Origin: Asterias rubens
Lineage: Eukaryota
Direction: 5' to 3'
Length of the DNA stretch: 64,000 nucleotides
Assembly (NCBI RefSeq): GCF_902459465.1
Contig: NC_047070.1
Coordinates: 18,290,001 to 18,354,000 of the forward strand
Shown here one piece after another: positions 1 to 12,300 of this stretch. How positions within the stretch are numbered: position 1 is the stretch's first letter; every line of letters starts with the position of its first letter. Both the position numbers and the translations under genes were made by a program. A model generated the notes under the pieces. The model was not told where the DNA came from and ran no database searches. It was given only the letters and a program-made list of their open reading frames with translations.

Positions 1-793
1 TTACATCCAAAGGGCTCATTATTTTGTTGACATTGTATGTAGAGCTATTTTAAAATTGTAATTCATATTGTAGCACCTTGTTTTTGGTGCTGAAGCAAGC
101 ACAAACCTAGTACAGCCATCCATATGAAATACCCATAATAAAAACTTAAAAACCTAAAAAACTTTCCTTAGATAAAGAGGAGAATTTTCTTAAAATGTCT
201 GATAAAGAATGGAAATCTGGAATATTTATATGTATTTTCTTTTTTGTTTCAGTGTAATGTATATAAAAAAATGCCAAATAAATCAGATCAAAATCAAATC
301 GAAATCATTTTGGTGCCCCCAAATAATCAACTTTTGTGTAACATACAAAACACTACAAAGTATGTAGATGCCCTGCACACTAAGGGAACCTGCCCAGTGC
401 CCGAACCAATGGTGTTTCAGGGCTCACACTTAACACTGGTGTTCAGTTTCTCATAACAAATAGCTATTGGCTAATAAACACCATTTCTCAAATTGCCATG
501 AGGGCTACTTGTGCAACTTTCTCATTCAAACATTATCTTCATTTTCAGATTCGAGTAGGGCCTACATTAGTGTGTGTACAGTATGTAACTTCATTTGTCA
601 ATTAAACCAGTTGGGAACACTACCATTTTAACATCAACAAAGATACGTCTATGACAATACATGTTTAAAACTTAGGCAACTAAAACTTCCTGTGGAAAAG
701 TAAAATGCTCAGTTCATCAGCCTAGTGGGCCACTTCACAAAAAGCTGAAGCAAAAGGCATACAGTGTCTATGGAGGTCAAAATAATACAGTTT

Positions 794-1181
794 TTAAAAG
801 GCAGGGGACACTATCGGAAATTACTCAAGATAATTATTAGCATAAAACCTTTCTTGGTGATGAGCAATGGGGAGAGGTTGATGGTATAAAACATTGTGAG
901 AAACGGCTCCCTCTGAAGTGCCATCGTTTTCGAGAAAAAAGTTATTTTCCACGAATTTGATTTCGAGACCTCAGATTTAGAACTTGAGGTCTCGAAATCA
1001 ACCATCTAAACGCACACAATTTCGTGGGACAAGGGTGTTTTTTCCTTTCATTATTATCTCGCAACTTCGATGACCGATTGAGCTCAATTTTTCACAGGTT
1101 AGTTATTTTATGCATATGTTGAGATATACTAACTGTGAAGGCTAGTTTTTGACAATTACCAATAGTGTCCACTGCCTTTAA
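794..1181. mobile_element. Kolobok-like non-autonomous MITE (TTAA-flanked, about 385 bp)
   Basis: Termini TTAA(A)AGGCAGGGGACAC...GTGTCCACTGCCTTTAA; central hairpin GATTTCGAGACCTCA/TGAGGTCTCGAAATC; seven related copies in the window. Confidence 0.85.
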
Positions 1182-1355
1182 TAAACCCATTTTATATCAG
1201 ACCACCTGCAGTTTTCCCTAAAGTGATGTCAAGACACTTGACACAGTGTCCTAGTGTCTTTATTCTCACACTTGTCAATATACAGAACTGGCTCTTCATT
1301 ATATTTTTAGGGTAAAATGTCAAAGGTCAGATGAAATATTGCCTTTGAGGATTAC

Positions 1356-4267
1356 CTTTCACATGTGAAGATGGATGGACATTGGGTCTGAAATGAGGGC
1401 AATGGACAGACAAGAACCAGGTTGGGTTGGGTTGTGTTTTGCTGGTAAGCATCCTCCACTAGTCCACACTTGGTCATTAGGTTTTGAATCATACTCATGG
1501 GAATTTCTTTATCAAGCCAGGTGAGGTACTCCCAAAAAGCTGTTAAAGCACAAGGACTATGTCATGAAGTTCAAAACATTTTAAATTTAAAATAATAATA
1601 ATACTGGGTTCTTATAGCACTTGTCCCAAAGCACTTATTATTTGTCTATTTCACAGGGTAAGAAGCTCTAGCTATCTTTTGAATTGTGAGACCCATTTGT
1701 GCAGGAGGACTTAATTGGTCAAGTGATTTTACTGTCCCGACATCTCCACCAAAAGTCAGCAAATGCCACTTGGCAAATTATTTTACAATATATTTTTGAT
1801 CTTCCAAAAATGTTCCTTGCTTTAAATAAAGGTTCTGGGCTAAAAGCACTATGGTCTTGTATAAAAGACATTAAACTTAGAAGAAGAAAAAAATATGTTA
1901 CCTGTGGAATGACCGCATGCTTTCACAATGCTTGTACAGAGTCCCATGTTGCTTGACAAATATTTCTAATCCAGGATTAAGTCCAACATGACAGAGTACT
2001 TTTCCTTTTTTACTAGTACGGTAAAATGTAACAGTGCTTTGGAGCATGTTCAATCCCAATGACTGCTTTGTACAAAAGGCATCCGTGTTTGTATACATTT
2101 TAAAACTAATTACAATGCTAGTAATATTTTAACGGATGGGTGGCCAATCTGAAAGATTATCTCAGAAATGAAGGAATGTATCTTACTACAAAAAGGATAA
2201 CTTGACCCCTGGGGTAAGACATAATTGAATGCTCTGAGGGTAACTCTGAGGGCTGTGACATTTGACATTTTGATCTCAAGTCGAAGGTGGGTTTCATTTC
2301 ATGGAGCCATTTTAAATGAACAATGTGCTTAGCAGGAAAGCATCTTACCAGGCATGCCAGGCAAAAGCAGGTTGCCAGCCAATCAACAATGTGTTTGTAT
2401 AGAGGCCCTAATGACCAGGATAAAATTAAATATCCTTCAAGGAAGTTTACTTAAGTACCTTTTTGTTTTACTTTGCCATACATTAGGCCGTTATCAACAT
2501 TTGTTTATGTATCAAATAATAAACCACAAGGGAAACTGACAGGGTACATTTTAAAATGATTTTGGGTTGAACAAAGAAAAATTGACTAGAGCGGGATTTG
2601 AACCAACGACCTCCGGTTTAACGTGCCGGCGCTCTACCAACTGAGCTATCTAGCCCTATGTTGGTGGTCTCCCTATTTAGTCAATATCTTTGTTCGGGGG
2701 GGGGGGGGGTGCCTGTCAGAAGCCATTCAACCGCAAACTGCCGTGTAGCCAGGGATCACACCCAGGTAACGGTACAACCTGGGAAGCGGCAGACAGGGGA
2801 TCACCTTAAGGGGATGCGACTTTTTACATCAGATATCAAATAATAAACCACAAGGGAAACTGACTGGGTACATTTTTAAATGATTTTGGGTTGAACAAAG
2901 AAAAATTTACTAGAGCGGGATTTGTTCATTTTTTATGTTATAGAATTAATTAATACTGCCTTAATTGTCCCTATTTTTACATTGCTTGCTTTAGAGTGCG
3001 GGGCACCTTATGGGCTCCTTCAGGATAAAAAAAAAGATTAAGAAATAATTTTCGGGGTGGGGGCAATGGTGGGGGTAGAATTCAAGAAATAAGTAAATAA
3101 AAACATACCACTTTCAGGTTTCTCTATTTCGTCATTGTCCACATCAGCATCATCTACCACAACCATGACAACTGCATCATCTTCAAGTGTCTTGTTGTCC
3201 TCATCCACGGATGTTGCCAAGAGCTCCTTATCTCTTCGATCTGCATCTTCAACCTCCTCCTCGTTTGCATCTTCCGACCCCTGTCCAACTTCGGAGTCAA
3301 AATAATCTACACAAGTTTGAGTGACATCATCTGTAACCATGGTGATGTTTTCATCATCATATCTCTCGCTCGCAAACACTTCTTTGCTGTCGTCTGCTTC
3401 ACAATCTGCTTTGTCCCTTGAGCCGGAACTTTCTGCAGGTTCAAGCTCAGGCATACTTTCATCCAATTTGGCGTCAGTGTCGCTGAGGACGACATCATCC
3501 TGATTCTCCTCGACCTCCACCACAGCAATTTTAATGTTACGTTTGTCCTTTTTCTTCTTCTTGCCAGACTTCTTCTCCGGAGACCCTTCCGGGTCACTCG
3601 AGGTTGAGCTCTCCTTTGGAGAAATGTGTCCCTTCTTCTTGCTAAATTTAGGGAGATGGAACTGGACTGCCTGCAAGATGCTCCCCTTTTTCTTTAACTT
3701 ATGTTTTACATTCTCAGCGTCATGGCCGTCTTCAACTTGTTGGGAAGAAGAGTTGTTATTCATCGAGTTTTCCTTTTCTTTAATAATCTCAGGGGGTTCT
3801 ATAACTACCTCGAGTTGCTCACCAACATTGCCAATTTCTGACCGGTCGTGAGCCCCATTTGCCGACACATTTAAATTAACAATAACTTCATTTTCCGAAC
3901 TAGAATTTTTGTCCAGTGGTAGGCCCATCAAATTCTGACTGTCACTATCCGGTAGATCCCTCGTGCAGTTGGTTTCCACTGTCTTTGCAAATACCAAGTT
4001 TTGTTCATTGTCACTGCTTGTATTAGGGTTTATCATATCAATAGACAATACCTTGTTGGTGTTACCCGAAGTTTGTTGGTGCACGGGAACAGAATCGCCA
4101 GAAGCAACTGTGCAAAGTGGTTGCTGCCGCAATGGGCGGTACTTCCCGGGCGTGCCTGTACTGCAGTCGCCCGCTGCTGACAAGTTCGGGACGATGTTCG
4201 CGTTCACCTCGTATTTTCCGCTTCCAGAACCGGGGGGCAACTGGCTAAATTCAACCGAAGCCGACAT
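1356..4267 (-). CDS. Unidentified gene, 5' part: large acidic/low-complexity exon with a Lys-rich NLS-like patch; continues towards the left edge
   Basis: ORF 3038-4291. Likely ATG at 4267 (AAGATGTCGG); strong donor G|GTATGT at 3109. Phase-compatible candidate small exons at 1902-1965 (EIFVKQHGTLYKHCESMRSFH) and 1356-1387 (RPNVHPSSHVK) are low confidence. No family recognised. Confidence 0.6.
2511..2924. repeat. 324-bp-period unit with 90-bp direct repeats, containing the tRNA-like sequence
   Basis: 2511-2600 nearly identical to 2835-2924; degenerate relatives at about 23150-23220 and 52190-52470. Confidence 0.85.
2583..2655 (-). pseudogene. tRNA-like sequence (73 nt, GTT anticodon) embedded in a repeat cassette; probably not a canonical tRNA
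   Basis: Acceptor stem GGCTAGA/TCTAGTC, A-box TAGCTCAGTTGG, B-box GTTCAAATCC, followed by TTTTT. Mismatches in anticodon and T stems; C at position 33. Confidence 0.6.
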
Positions 4268-5332
4268 CTTCCTGCCTGCACGAAGGAGCACTTTATAATA
4301 CAGAAGACTCTCAAACTTACTTTAGAAGTTGTTCAACTCTGAAGTCAACCATTTTTGAGAGCAGGCATAAGTCTGAAGTGTCTTGTATTTTTAACAGTCG
4401 ATTCTCGTCTGCTTTTTTTATGTTCATATTTTTCGCATCCCATGTATGCATCCGGACCTTCTGCGCACGCGTGCTTCCAGGACCAGCATACACGTGTGTT
4501 TTGTGTTGTGCGTGAAATGCATGAAGTGCGAGTATCATACAGAACGTGTCAGAAAATCTTCGAACTTATAACTAGCAGTGTTTACGTGAAGAAGGGGGTG
4601 AAAAGGTCTGGCTACACCAACTACACGTGTGCTTCTATAAAAAGTTTGACGCTTGGTTTGGCTGTGCTTTTGATGACCGTTACTCCCTCGATTAAGTTTT
4701 TTTGCAGTGTCATTTTTTTTTACAGAGGGCGCTATACAACTCTAACGGAGCCTCTTGAAAACAACTTAAGTATATTTTCAGGCAGCTGAACTTCAGATAT
4801 CTTTTCAATTTTTGTGAAAGGTCAGCCGTTTGGAAAGTTTGCTAATTACCCAAGAACCCCCCCCCCCCCCCGAAAATGTCCTTTTATTTCCCACCCCGAC
4901 TTTTCGGCCAGTTTACAAGAGGCACTCCCCAAATTACCAAAGCCAAATAGGACCAACTTCAAATCCTAAATTTATCAAATCTTAAAAATTGAAGCACAGA
5001 AATCCCAGGTTCAGAAATATTGTTACATTTGCACAATCTCAGTTTTGGTAGTGTCAGTGGAGGGGATGACAAACACAAATCAAGCAATTTTATTCAGTCA
5101 TTCTGCAGTTTCAGGTATGACCTATTTTATTACCCTTACGCAAGTGTAACCTTCCAGTCAAAGCTTTATAAACATTATCTAAAATACCTCTATTTAACAA
5201 CTATAGATGGAATAATATATTTTGTCTTCCAAAATCTTCAGGAAAGATCATAATAATAACAGTCATATTTAAGTGTAGTTATAGTCACACATTTCACAAA
5301 GAACAGAGAGAAGCTGTTTCTTGAGTTAGCCA

Positions 5333-5498
5333 CCAGACCTGGAATTTCATTTTTAAGAAGGCAAGGCCATTTCCATTTTGCAAGGGGCACTTCCATTGTA
5401 AAATCATAAATCTATGGGAAACTTTGGAAGGGGCATCAAAGCCAAGACCAGGGCAACAGAAGCAATGACCTTCATGGCCTGTATGTAATTCCAGGCCT
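5333..5498. repeat. Dispersed repeat family bounded by CAGGCCTG-like ends; representative copy
   Basis: CAGACCTGGAATTTC...AATTCCAGGCCTG; relatives near 19290-19465, 31370-31720, 34100-34200, 45370-45460, 46960-47085, 50010-50140. Confidence 0.55.
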
Positions 5499-5629
5499 GA
5501 ACCATTGTTGTCAATCCATCCATAAGCAGCCGCTATATGTTCGCACTGCTTCCTTCTTCTATTAAAGATCATTTTATACACAAGTAGGATTTTTAATGCT
5601 GAACTAAGTGACAATAAAGAGCCAGGGGT

Positions 5630-5792
5630 CCATTTCACAAAGAGTTGGGACTCGTATTATCTCGAGTTAGGACGAGCAACTCGTCCTACCTTAGGATTAA
5701 TCTTAAGGTCTGCCTGCTACAGTGCAGGGTTGGGACTCGTCCTAAGTCCTAAGATTAGTCATAAGTTAGGAAGAGTTTTGTGAAATCGATGG
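5630..5792. mobile_element. Harbinger-like MITE family A (ATTTCACAAA...TTTGTGAAAT ends)
   Basis: Inverted ends and shared interior TTAGGATTAATCTTAAG / GGGACTCGTCCTA; further copies at about 14155-14302 and 27508-27610. Confidence 0.7.
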
Positions 5793-8700
5793 CAGGTTAT
5801 TTTTCTCTCATCCAGCCAAAGTTTGAACCCAAGTTTAAACGTCAAATGTTTGTTTAAAACCAACCAGAGAAGCCAGTGGATTTTGTTCCCACAGTGTGAA
5901 ACACTGAGTACAATGTAAACACTGCATATCACACATCGATGCAAGGGTCAAACAAAAATAATATTTGTGTTTTTTTCACCAAACAGCAATTAAATAATGA
6001 ACAACAATGTCAATACTGTGATAATGGCACTAATTTCAATGACCCACACTTGAAAAGTTTTAAAAATAATGGAAATAAAACCAGGAAAAAAGCCGGGAAA
6101 TGAGTAAAAAATAACACATTATGATAGAATAACCCCCAGTGAAAGAAAGCATTTTTCCAAAGTTATGATTTATATTGCAAGCTCTACTAAGAGTTAAAAA
6201 AACTTGTTTCTAACTTGACACACACAGTATTCTATTAAAGAAGAAAATAAACAACATGCAATTTGTGGCTACAGGGAAAAGTATTCTTAAACGAAAAAAT
6301 ACAACAAAGTATTTGTCATATTTGTACAAAATACCTTATTTGAATCCCACCCTAGTAATGCCTGTAATATTTTTTTCACAGGACTCGGGGAAGTACTGAG
6401 TATACAGTGCTTACACATGGGTAAAAACCAAAATTAATATTATTGAATTCTGTTGAAAGCTCAACACGTATTTACCTACAATCCTTTAAATTAAAAAATA
6501 TGTGCGTCCGAAATGCATCTCATTTTGCACAAATCAAATACTGTAGCATTGAATATAAGAATCTTTTTGTTTCCATTTGGTAAAAAGAAAGTCTGAGTAT
6601 TAGCTGTAACTGGCAATTTGTTTCCAGGGCCCATTTTTACAGGAAAAGAAACCCCAAAACATGTATACCAGTATAAGGTTACAAACTAATAACGCATTTC
6701 ACTTCTTGCCAGGAAATATTGAGGACTTTTGTGGATTCGTTGTGCATGTTTTGTGTGCAACTTGCTTGTGGCTGCTAAAGTGTCTCCAAAGAGTGCCCTT
6801 TAATTTGTTTTTGGAATAAAAAAAACCTAATGATATAAATCCTAATAGATTAATATCTTCCATCATATAGAAACATGTACAAACCCTGTTTACTCCAATA
6901 TGTGTGCACATTTAAGATGCACACAGTATATATCCGGAGACACTTTCAACCAGAATCAATGGACCCTTTCCATGAAATATGCTAATCACATTCAGGCATG
7001 CGTACAGACCCTGTTGGTTGGCAAACGCCATAGAGTTGTGCACTAAGCAGACGCGCAATCGCGTCTGCGTCACACACCCATTAGCCAATGTACAAAACAG
7101 TGCGATGTTCCCTCATATTGCCAACCAAAACGTTAGTGTGCACGCCCTATGTGCAATTTACATATTTCATGAAAAGGGTCTATTCACCCTTCCCTTAAAG
7201 AGATATTTTCACCAAAGAAAATAAAACAATCTGAAATCTTCAAATATGTAGATTGACCCAAATGAAAACAGTTACAACCAACCCACAATCTACTTTATGC
7301 TAACAATGAACTTGTGAAACTCAGTAAAACAAGGACAAGACAATTTCAAATCACGATTACACTGTGTCAGTCATAGAAGTTAGATTTTTGTGCTCACATG
7401 ATAAAACATCTAAAACTTTGAGTCAGAGGATAGCAATTTTCATACTGTAACATTTAAATGAATACAAATTTGTTGGTCTTTATCTTTTGACAAGAGCATG
7501 ATTTGAGCAGTCTGGCTAAAAAGTTACTCTCTGAATTTGTTGTCTGTCTTAAAACAAAAACAAACTCATCACTAAAAAGAAGGTGGAAACCTAAATAGAA
7601 ATATCAAAGGTTTTCTACAACCCCAAAATGAAAATTGTAGGCTTAATTTGTTGGTGCAGAGAAATCCAAAAGTATGAAGAAAACCTTTAGAAATTCGCTA
7701 TAAAAACCAATATTGCATTAAAACAAAAAATTTAAAAGAAAAACAAAAGGAAGAAATAATATAGAATTAGTCATTTTTAAAACAACACTGTAATGTTATA
7801 CTGAGCCCTTTGAAGCACAGCTAAATAAATCGTTATGGCAAATTAAATAAATACATAAACTGGCAATGGTAGGGCGGCCCAAACCATTTAATTCAAACCT
7901 ACAACTTGAGCACTATACAACTCTGCTGGTTCCATGATCTTACATAGCAAATCATGAAACTAAAACTTGCAAATCACCATTTTCCCCTTCTCTATTATTT
8001 TTTTATATAACTTCAAACCATTTTTTCCTCACTGCTCAAACGGTTACTAACAAGCTTAATTTCCCTCTCTTTGATTATGTGCATTCATGCATTTCCAACA
8101 CAAATGTTAAAACAGTCAGCATGCAAATAATCATCGGCTCCTTTTGCTTTGGAGCTATCATTTTTTGCCGACGCACAAATATATGGATGAAATATCAATA
8201 CTAAAACAGAACCACTCAAACACAATATGCTTTGTGAGTACAAGTATGTAAATTAACAGCAAAAGTATCACTGCAGTTTGCAAACTCTGCTGAAATTCCT
8301 ACAGAAAATTCCTGTTTCTTTTCAAACTAACCATCTAAAGTAAACCTTGTTGGTTCTAATAGAAAAGCAGTTAAGCACCTATCTTTTGCTAAATCTGGGG
8401 TTTCTCCCTGAATTTTGCAAGGGTGACTAATCCCATTCCCCCCCCCCAAAAGGGAAAGATTTTACACTCTGCGTCTCAGCAATCCAATTCACTGACTGAG
8501 TGGAAAATTATAGAGTACCTTCTTTCAAAGGAGAATCTTGGGTTCATACAATACTTTTTTTAATTTTTTTAGTTTTTTTATGAAGAAACATTCAACTACC
8601 AAAGTGTACGTGTAATTTAAAATCACACAGTATTTTGATTTCATACAAAATAATACAAAGTTGCACTGTATATAGGGAGTACGTCAAGTTTGTTTTCAAT

Positions 8701-9316
8701 TACTAATCATCAAAATGTGTTAAAATCAAGCATACGGTTTTTGGCCCTGTACTGTATACTGTTTCAGACAAGTTATGATCATTGTGAGTTTTCTCTGTCA
8801 AATACTTGAGAAGGCTAACTAATCTGTCACATCAAAACTGTTAATAGACTGGTGCCTGTAATGCAAACCTGACTTAATATCGTTTGCTGCTACATGTTTG
8901 TCATCTGGGAATAGGACAAAATGGTGGTCTCTGTAAGGTTCAAGAGTCAGGTAGGAAGATACAGAATCTTCCACTAAACATTTAGGGGTTGTACCCAGAT
9001 CACGTCTCCTTCTCTGATGGTAAAGTTTAAAGCATCAGCTCTACCTAAAAATATGTTACTAAAATACACAAACTTTTTTCACAAACTTCAGTCTATATAT
9101 TTTTCACTCATGAGATCCAAAAATACATTGTAGAACTTCACAAAGAAAAAAGAAAAACAAAACATGGTGCAAAAAACTCCACGTCGTAAAAGGGAAACTA
9201 AAGAACCCTGATCAACTTTGACAATATCTATGAATAAAATTATGTTGTCTACAAAGAGGGAGTTAGAGAGAGGCAAGGGTACTTGCGAGGTTGACTGTGG
9301 CTACCGTCCACCGTCG

Positions 9317-12300
9317 TCAGAGTTGGTGAGCGATTCTGCGATATCGTTGGAGCCATTCTTCCAGCATTTGACCAATCAGCACGGGTCGTCGTTTGTGGTG
9401 GACCTGCTGGGCAACAAACACTCCCCCCGCTGTGTAGCAGCCGTCGAACCACTCGTTTAGAAGCCGTTCTTCTGAACCGAGCTGAAGTAAATAAAAATAA
9501 CACATTTTAAGTTAGGGTATGATTCAAGCGATTACCAAAAACAATTGTTAAAACCTTTCTGTGTATAAGTTGGTACTGATACGGACTGACAAAATTATAC
9601 CATGCCAATGTATGGCAGAGGGTGTGTGTTCCTCATCCACACCCCTCCAAATGTTTCCACAACAAGGGTACCCCCCCCCCTAAAATCCTCTTCAGATATC
9701 CAGAAATCAACGTGAAAAAAAAGGAGAAAAAAAAAGAGGGGTTTGCGGTAGCACCATCTGTAACTCTTTTGAGTAGTGTTGGTTCTGAGAAGAACTAGTG
9801 GTTGACAAACTCAACGTTCTGATCAGCTTCATAACAGATTTACAAATGGTGCTACCGCAAACCTCACCTGATTATATTCTCACCATGCAAAGTTTCAAAT
9901 CCTACACAACAACAACCAATAAGAATTTACAACGGTTGGAGCCAACTTACCTCAAGAGGTGTGATAAAGTGAATTGGAAGCAACTTCCCTTCAAAGTCTG
10001 TCAGCGGAAGGTAAACAGTCTGCGTCTCGTCGTCTGTGTTCAGGTTGGCTCCAGCCCCCTGGTTTTCGTCTGACTCTGTTTCCATGGGAACCAGGGCTGA
10101 GAAATGCCCCCGGGTGTAGCCAAGGGTAATTGGGCTCTTCCAACAAAAGCTGGGTTCCCAGAGTAGAGGTAGGTAAACGCCTGTTTATACAAAGCAGAAT
10201 AAATTACTGGCTTCATTAACAGGCGAAGGTCATCATTGTTGATAATAAATGTATGCTTGTTTTAAATAGTTGTGTTGTGTTTTACTAGGGCCTACTATTG
10301 CCATTCTCACTTGTTATGGCAGGGGGAGAGTTTTTACTTAATATTTCCACTTGTCTTGATTTTGGGGTCAGCATCTCGTTTCCTGAGAAACATCAACACC
10401 TAAAATACTTTCATGTTTGTGAAAATTGTACCCTGTTCTTCTTAAATCCTGACAAAAATGGACTTCAGTTTTACCCATGGCTTGGAGCTCCAGATGAAGC
10501 CCCCACCCCCAATTAGCTAACAGAATGAGGTAAAACATTCTCTGAAATCTTGAGGTTTGTCAACAACAAGGGCTGTCTTTCATCTTGCAAGATAATATGA
10601 AGATAACAGACCGATAAAAAATACTGAGAAATTACAAGCCTGCCCTCCTCAGACACTGACCTTGAAAACGTGCATAGCCAATATTCTCCCCACGGAAGCT
10701 CTTGATGAACTTGACCCCGTAGACTATGATGGGACGGCGGAGGATGTGCGCCAGAGCAAATATATGAATCTGCTCAAGGGCTGCCCCGGGCTGACCGGCA
10801 AGACTGAGCATCAGGGTCCAGTCCTGCTCCCACTGGTCATCATCTAGAGTGAACTGCATGCTCTCAACTTGCATTGATTCATACTCCTTCCAACGGGCAA
10901 AAAATCTGATGGTAGAGGGGAAAAACAAAAATGACCGGTTAAAATTGTTAGTGTTAAGCCAAAAGTTCTGCTTAGGAAATTTCTAGCTAAGCAAAAAATG
11001 AGTGGGCACCAGTCAAAACAGTGTGAAGATTATTGAATTTTGGCTGATAACCAGTTTCTGCTGAGCAATAAATTTGTTGGGCTTACATGTTATATAAAAT
11101 TGGGCCATGGATACAAAGGACCACAAGACGTCGGACCTGTCCAGTCATTTGTTTATTGGCCAAGGGCTTAAATCAATGGCCTTGGTCCAGTGTCAAGCCC
11201 TGACTGGTCCCTTGTTGGGGAGATCATCAAACAACCAAACAAACCAACCAACACCCCAACAAACAAACAAAAACATGTTGAAAGGTATACCCTCCCTTTA
11301 AATTTGAACTATTAAAAATCAATACAATGTATTATATCATTCAATGGCCTTCTAGTGAATATTTGTCTCCTGCTTGAAAAGATTGAATAGCATGTACCTT
11401 ACACCACCTTCGTTGAGACTGTCCCCAAGAGCTCTCCGTAGTGCAGCGTCTGTATCAAACACACCCCATGTGGCCTGCAACACAGAGTCCAGCAGGCAGT
11501 CACCGGCAGTGCGGTTCCACAGGGCATACAGACGACTACCTAGGCTGTCAGCAACTTCAACACTCCAGTTAATGATCGGGGACTCCTGCTCTAATTCTAG
11601 AAACGTGAACAAGAAAATACAAAGCACCTGTCACTGGTTAGTTTATTATGCGTGCCGCAGTATTAAATATTTCCCAATTCTCCTAGCAGAAAGACAGACT
11701 CACACAGAGCACCACAGTTATTACAAAACATGGTGTGCCACCAGAGTGTTCCTTCAATGAAACTAGGCTTTCTGTTGTTTTTTCTCACCCATACACTCTT
11801 TGCTTTGCCGAGATGTGGAACAATGAGCCATTTCAACAGCTTAAGTCCACGCAAACTGCACATATTGTGTATACTGCACATACTGCATCTGTTAGGAACT
11901 CCTTGCCTGGTGCATGCCTGGTGCATGTTTCCCTTCATCCTACAATCTAGACTGTTGTAAAAGGAGTAACAATTGCTATCTTCAGCTCTCCTCAGGAGTT
12001 ATTTACATTTTTAAATATTTTCTTTGTGTAGCCCAGGCCTGTTGCAATGGGCAATATCTCAAAACTGAAATAAGATATATTACCCTGCAAATTAGTATTA
12101 ATGATGACTGACTGGTACATAAAGTGTAAGAAGAACTACCTTTTTGGACGTCTCTGTCTAGGAGTTCATCAAAGAGTTGACTCCTCACAGTAGGTGGAAG
12201 GTCCTCGATTTCTGTTGGAAAATTATTCGGACATACAGATTTTAAAAAGGGAAAATAATGTCACAAGGCAACTTGGAGGCAACCAAGTATTTCACTATCC

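Noticed and set aside
811-1005. Recurrent short ORFs (also 33324-33575, 39869-40176, 40733-40918)
   Set aside because: They are translations of the non-coding TTAA MITE; no transposase motifs.
2583-2655. Functional tRNA-Asn gene
   Set aside because: Stem mismatches, C33, little resemblance to canonical eukaryotic tRNA-Asn as recalled, and location in a dispersed repeat; kept as tRNA-like only.
3307-4298. Overlapping alternative-frame and antisense ORFs in the large exon (likewise within ZRANB1, mitoferrin, the GPCR and FNTA)
   Set aside because: Shadow ORFs of GC-richer coding sequence with no independent support.
4272-4320. 45-49-nt intron in the leader of the unidentified gene
   Set aside because: The donor looks good but the intron would be unusually short, and there is no way to confirm it from sequence alone.
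7048-7070. Small hairpin GCAGACGCGCAATCGCGTCTGC in the inferred ZRANB1 3' UTR
   Set aside because: Short stem, single occurrence, does not match SECIS, IRE or histone stem-loop patterns.
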